DNA of 60,616 nt from a virus. Position numbers and translations under genes: made by a program. The notes beneath the pieces were generated by a model that saw only the letters and a list, made by a program, of their open reading frames with translations, made no database searches and was not told the DNA's origin. The stretch spans positions 1-60,616 of IMG/VR virus record IMGVR_UViG_3300033417_000008; one strand, 5' to 3'. Below are positions 57,361 to 60,616 of the stretch, one piece after another; the first letter of the stretch is position 1; each line of letters begins with the position of its first letter.

Positions 57361-58422
57361 GTGCCCGACCTCTGGATGGACGTAGACGCCGCTCTGGCCG
57401 AAGTTCCGGTCAACGTCATGCCGCTTGTCGACGACACCGACTTCAAGACTCGTGAAGTGAGCGTGACCTTCGACCAGGCCGGCATGGACCTGGTCTGGAA
57501 TTTTGTCACGACGGCAGGCGCCTACACCCAGACGGCCGTCACGCCGGCGACCTCGGGGGATTATCTGTGGACCAACGAGGGCGACGGCATGTACGCCCTC
57601 CAGATACCCGCATCGGGTGGAGCCACGATCAACAACGATACCGAGGGGTTCGGCTGGTTCACTGGATTCGCAACCGGCATCCTCCCCTGGCGTGGCCCGG
57701 TGATCGGCTTCCGTGCGGCTGGCCTCAACAACCTGATGATCGATGACGCCTTCAGCGCAACGCGAGGGCTGGCGGGAACAGCGCTCCCAGCAGCAGAGGC
57801 GGATGGGGTCGGCGGCCTGCCGATTTCGGACGCTGGCGGGTTGGACCTCGACGCGATCCTGGCCGACACTGCCGACATGCAGCCCAAGCTCGGGACGCCC
57901 TCTGATCTGGGCTCTGGTGCCACGCTGGCGGGGAACCTCGTGGATGTGGAAGGCCAGACCGACGACATCGGAGCGGCTGGGGCTGGCTTGACCGCGATCA
58001 CGGACCGACTTCCCGCGGCCCTGGTCGGTGGGCGGATCGATGCCTCGGTTGGGGCCATCGCGGCTGACGTGATCACCGATGCGGGGGTCGGGACCGACCT
58101 TGATACCTACCAGGCGAAGATAGACCTGGTAGACGATGAGGGCGCCACGACCGACAGGTGGGTCGTCGTGTGGCACAAGAACGGGGTGCCAGTGCTGGCC
58201 TCGATCACCTCGCCCACTATTCAGGTGATCAAGGCATCCGATGGCACCGACCTGATCGCGGCCTCGGCTATGACCGAGATTGGCACGACCGAGACGTACA
58301 AGTACGATGCCACCACGACCGAGCGGACCGTGTCCGGTGCCGCCTATGTGGTTATTGTCCAGGCGACCATCGACGGCTCGACGCGAACCGCAGCGCAGGT
58401 GATGGGCCGGGATAGCGCGTAG
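57361..58422 (+). CDS. fibre-like / virion protein, function unknown
   Basis: 353 aa; G/A/D/T-rich central region; directly upstream of the repeat protein. Confidence 0.45.
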   Translation: MPDLWMDVDAALAEVPVNVMPLVDDTDFKTREVSVTFDQAGMDLVWNFVTTAGAYTQTAVTPATSGDYLWTNEGDGMYALQIPASGGATINNDTEGFGWFTGFATGILPWRGPVIGFRAAGLNNLMIDDAFSATRGLAGTALPAAEADGVGGLPISDAGGLDLDAILADTADMQPKLGTPSDLGSGATLAGNLVDVEGQTDDIGAAGAGLTAITDRLPAALVGGRIDASVGAIAADVITDAGVGTDLDTYQAKIDLVDDEGATTDRWVVVWHKNGVPVLASITSPTIQVIKASDGTDLIAASAMTEIGTTETYKYDATTTERTVSGAAYVVIVQATIDGSTRTAAQVMGRDSA

Positions 58423-58424
58423 CC

Positions 58425-60616
58425 ATGGCCGGGAATCTGCGGTTCCCGCGCAGGGTTGATTTCCTCCCATTCAGCAGGCGGCGTGTCAAGCCTGGGACTG
58501 CTGGCGGCACGCCGATTGTCAGCACTCAGGCTGGCCTGAGCGGGACTCAGGCGCTTGACGCTGCCGCGCTGCTGCTGGTCCAGGCCCAGTCCTCACAGCA
58601 GGGCGCTGGATTTCTCGATACTGCCGCACTCCTGATCGTTCTCGCCCACGCCGCACAGGCGGGAGCATCCACCCTCTCCGCGACGGCCGATGCGATCAGG
58701 GAGGCCGTCGTCGCCATCGATGGGCGCGGTCAACTTGACGTGGCGCCAGTTGTCGTCATCGATGCTGCCGCCGAGATTCACGGTGCCTCGGCCCTTACGG
58801 CGGCAGCTACGCGCGTGGTCGATGCCGAGAGTGTGATCACCGGCGCCTCCAACTCCGATATCGCAGCCACCATTGCCGTTGATGCTCAGGCAGCGCTCGC
58901 GGGGACATCGGCAATCGATATCAGCCTGGCCCGCATCCACGAGGCGGCCATCGATGCGTCGGGCGCTGGATCATCAGATGCCGCTGCCGTTCGTGTCGTG
59001 GATGGGGTACTCGTAGCCTCGGGTACGGGATCGCTCACCGCGATGGCCATGGCCTTCGCCGAGATCACGACGGACATCACAGGAGCCTCCACACTGGATG
59101 TCTCGGCGACCCGGATCGTGGAGGCTGAGACTGCGCCGAGCGGATTAGGCGCGACGGACGCAGATGCGCTCTCGCTGGTACTCGCCCAGTCCGCTCAACA
59201 TGGATCCGGGCTGACGACTGTCGAGGCTACCCCAGTCCGCGATGGTGTGGTGACAGCCACCGGGGCGGGATCGCTTGACGCGGTCGGGGTGATCATTGCC
59301 GCCGTTATCGACACGCAGGCCGAGATCACAGGTGCAGGGTCTCTTGACGCCACGAGCACTCGGATCGTGGATGCCGCTGCGAGCTTGACGGGCGCGAGTG
59401 CCGTTGCCGTCGTGGCAGTACGAGTCACCGAGGGGCTGTCGGCTCAGACAGGCGCATCGGCACTCACGGCCGCGGCCGTCGTCATTGTGGATGGGGCATC
59501 GGTTCTCGCGGGGGCGGGTGCATCCGATATCTCTGCTGCGACCCTTGTGGAGGCAGCGTGCTCACTGGTCGGCGCGGGTGCTCTCGATGCCACATCAACG
59601 CGGATCGCCGATGCTGTCGTCTCTGCTCATGGAACGTCGGTCATCGATGCTGGCTCTGTTCGGATCGCTGAATTGGCATCGATCCCGAGCGGCACGGGCG
59701 CCCTCGACGTCGTGGCAGTTGACATCGCCCTCGCTCAGGCGGACTTCGCGGGTGTTGGTGCTGTGGATGCTGCGTCCATCGCCATCTCGCTCCCGTCGGC
59801 GTCGATCAGCGGTGCAGGACAGATCGATGCAGTGGGGACGGTTGTAGCAGCCAGCGTGGTCGATGCCGACGCCCATCTGTCCGGTGCATCCACGATTAAC
59901 AGCGCGACTCTTGCGCTGGTCCACGTCCAGAGCACGCCAGCCGGCAGTTCGGCACTTGCGGCTGTCGCGCTGGTTGCGGTCCCGGCAGAGAGCGCACAGG
60001 TGGGCTACAGCTCGATCCAAGCTACATCGACAGCACTGCGCGAGGCTGCGGTAACCATAACTGGAGCAGTGGCCCTCGACGCGGCGGCTACGGCTGTCGT
60101 TGATGCGGCGGCAAGTCTCGCGGGAGCGGCGTTCGCCGCCGTGGGCGCAGATCGAGTCGCCACTGGCCAAGCGGTACTCACGGGATCGGCAGAGTCCGCT
60201 GTGGCCGCTATCGCCATCTCACTCCCGTCGACATCGCTTAGCGGTGCGGGACAGATCGACGCAACGGGGATAGTTGCCGCGGCGAACGTAGTTGACGCCG
60301 CCGCCCACTTGGCAGGGGGCAGTGCCCTCGCCAGCGCGTCTACCGTCACGGTCATGGTCCAGATCGCTGCCACAGGAAGCACTGCACTCGCAGCCACCGC
60401 GACGGTTGTGGTGACGGCACTGAGCGACGGAGCTGGGTACGGATCGCTCCAGTCGGCCGCGACTGCGCTTCGCGAGGCTGCGACATTAGCGACGGGCGCG
60501 AGCGCCGTTGATGTAGCGCTCGTGCGCGTCGTGGATGTGGCGGCCAGCCTTACGGGATCGGCTGTTGTCGCCGCGAGCGCAGAGCGTGTCGTCGAGGGCC
60601 AATCGGCACTGACGGG
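58425..60616 (+). CDS. 5' part of wrap-around gene: ~892-aa protein made of ~20-aa repeats (continues at 1..614)
   Basis: My own translation from ATG 58425 shows no stop to the window end; absent from the ORF track because it lacks a stop in the window; 'MAGNLRFPRRVDFLPFSRRRVKPG..' then repeats 'TGAGSLDATSTRIVDAAASL'. Confidence 0.8.
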   Translation, partial: MAGNLRFPRRVDFLPFSRRRVKPGTAGGTPIVSTQAGLSGTQALDAAALLLVQAQSSQQGAGFLDTAALLIVLAHAAQAGASTLSATADAIREAVVAIDGRGQLDVAPVVVIDAAAEIHGASALTAAATRVVDAESVITGASNSDIAATIAVDAQAALAGTSAIDISLARIHEAAIDASGAGSSDAAAVRVVDGVLVASGTGSLTAMAMAFAEITTDITGASTLDVSATRIVEAETAPSGLGATDADALSLVLAQSAQHGSGLTTVEATPVRDGVVTATGAGSLDAVGVIIAAVIDTQAEITGAGSLDATSTRIVDAAASLTGASAVAVVAVRVTEGLSAQTGASALTAAAVVIVDGASVLAGAGASDISAATLVEAACSLVGAGALDATSTRIADAVVSAHGTSVIDAGSVRIAELASIPSGTGALDVVAVDIALAQADFAGVGAVDAASIAISLPSASISGAGQIDAVGTVVAASVVDADAHLSGASTINSATLALVHVQSTPAGSSALAAVALVAVPAESAQVGYSSIQATSTALREAAVTITGAVALDAAATAVVDAAASLAGAAFAAVGADRVATGQAVLTGSAESAVAAIAISLPSTSLSGAGQIDATGIVAAANVVDAAAHLAGGSALASASTVTVMVQIAATGSTALAATATVVVTALSDGAGYGSLQSAATALREAATLATGASAVDVALVRVVDVAASLTGSAVVAASAERVVEGQSALT

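Noticed and set aside
58425-60616. Diversity-generating retroelement (TR/VR pair) in the repeat-rich fibre-like gene
   Set aside because: No reverse transcriptase is present anywhere in the genome. The two similar blocks differ at all base types rather than specifically at adenines, and both are in-frame coding repeats.
1-60616. Search for integrase/recombinase, CI-like repressor switch, tRNA or tmRNA genes, partition genes
   Set aside because: I saw no tyrosine or serine recombinase motifs and no cloverleaf-like sequences in the few intergenic gaps. The ParB-like domain is fused to enzymatic domains and has no ParA partner. Absence is based on reading only, not on tRNAscan or HMM runs.

Overview
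The window is a complete, circularly closed genome of a high-GC, siphovirus-like tailed dsDNA phage. Its two ends share an exact 127-nt overlap, leaving 60,489 bp of unique sequence. I recognise no rRNA or tRNA genes, CRISPR array, integrase or DNA polymerase. Order on the circle: (1) a ParB-ABC ATPase-GNAT fusion with a convergent ASCH-like ORF; (2) terS, terL, HK97-type portal, prohead protease, major capsid protein, a mini HNH, two paralogous repeat-domain (decoration-like) proteins, a MuF-like protein, several unknown virion-module genes, a fibre-like protein, and an ~892-aa protein built of ~20-aa repeats that spans the window junction; (3) head-tail connector genes, tail tube, a gpG/gpGT chaperone with a -1 slippery heptamer, a 1124-aa tape measure, tail-tip genes and a lower-GC beta-propeller protein; (4) holin, a membrane-anchored REC-domain protein, a secreted CAP/SCP protein, a HigA-like HTH and a GH-A-type glycosidase; (5) a leftward block of small genes interrupted by a rightward NlpC/P60+SLT endolysin; (6) a long rightward early/replication block. 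That block holds many zinc-ribbon mini-proteins, an SNF2 helicase plus SPPF methyltransferase flanked by a duplicated two-gene cassette, an RlpA-like DPBB protein, a second SNF2 helicase, an AEP primase-polymerase, an AT-rich palindrome-rich putative origin, a UvrD-like helicase, a DEDDh exonuclease and a VRR-NUC nuclease. Genes are chained by ATGA/GTGA/TTGA/CTGA start-stop overlaps. All functional calls come from motifs read by eye in the supplied translations and in my own translations; no searches were run. The best candidates for something new are: the ParB-ABC-GNAT/ASCH pair next to the terminase; the REC-domain membrane protein in the lysis region; the 20-aa repeat family shared by the wrap-around fibre-like gene and a start-codon-less 5' extension of the tail-tip gene; the triplicated Cys-rich two-gene cassette; twin SD-sequestering hairpins with a conserved loop; and a set of about 10 translationally coupled single-TM micropeptides.
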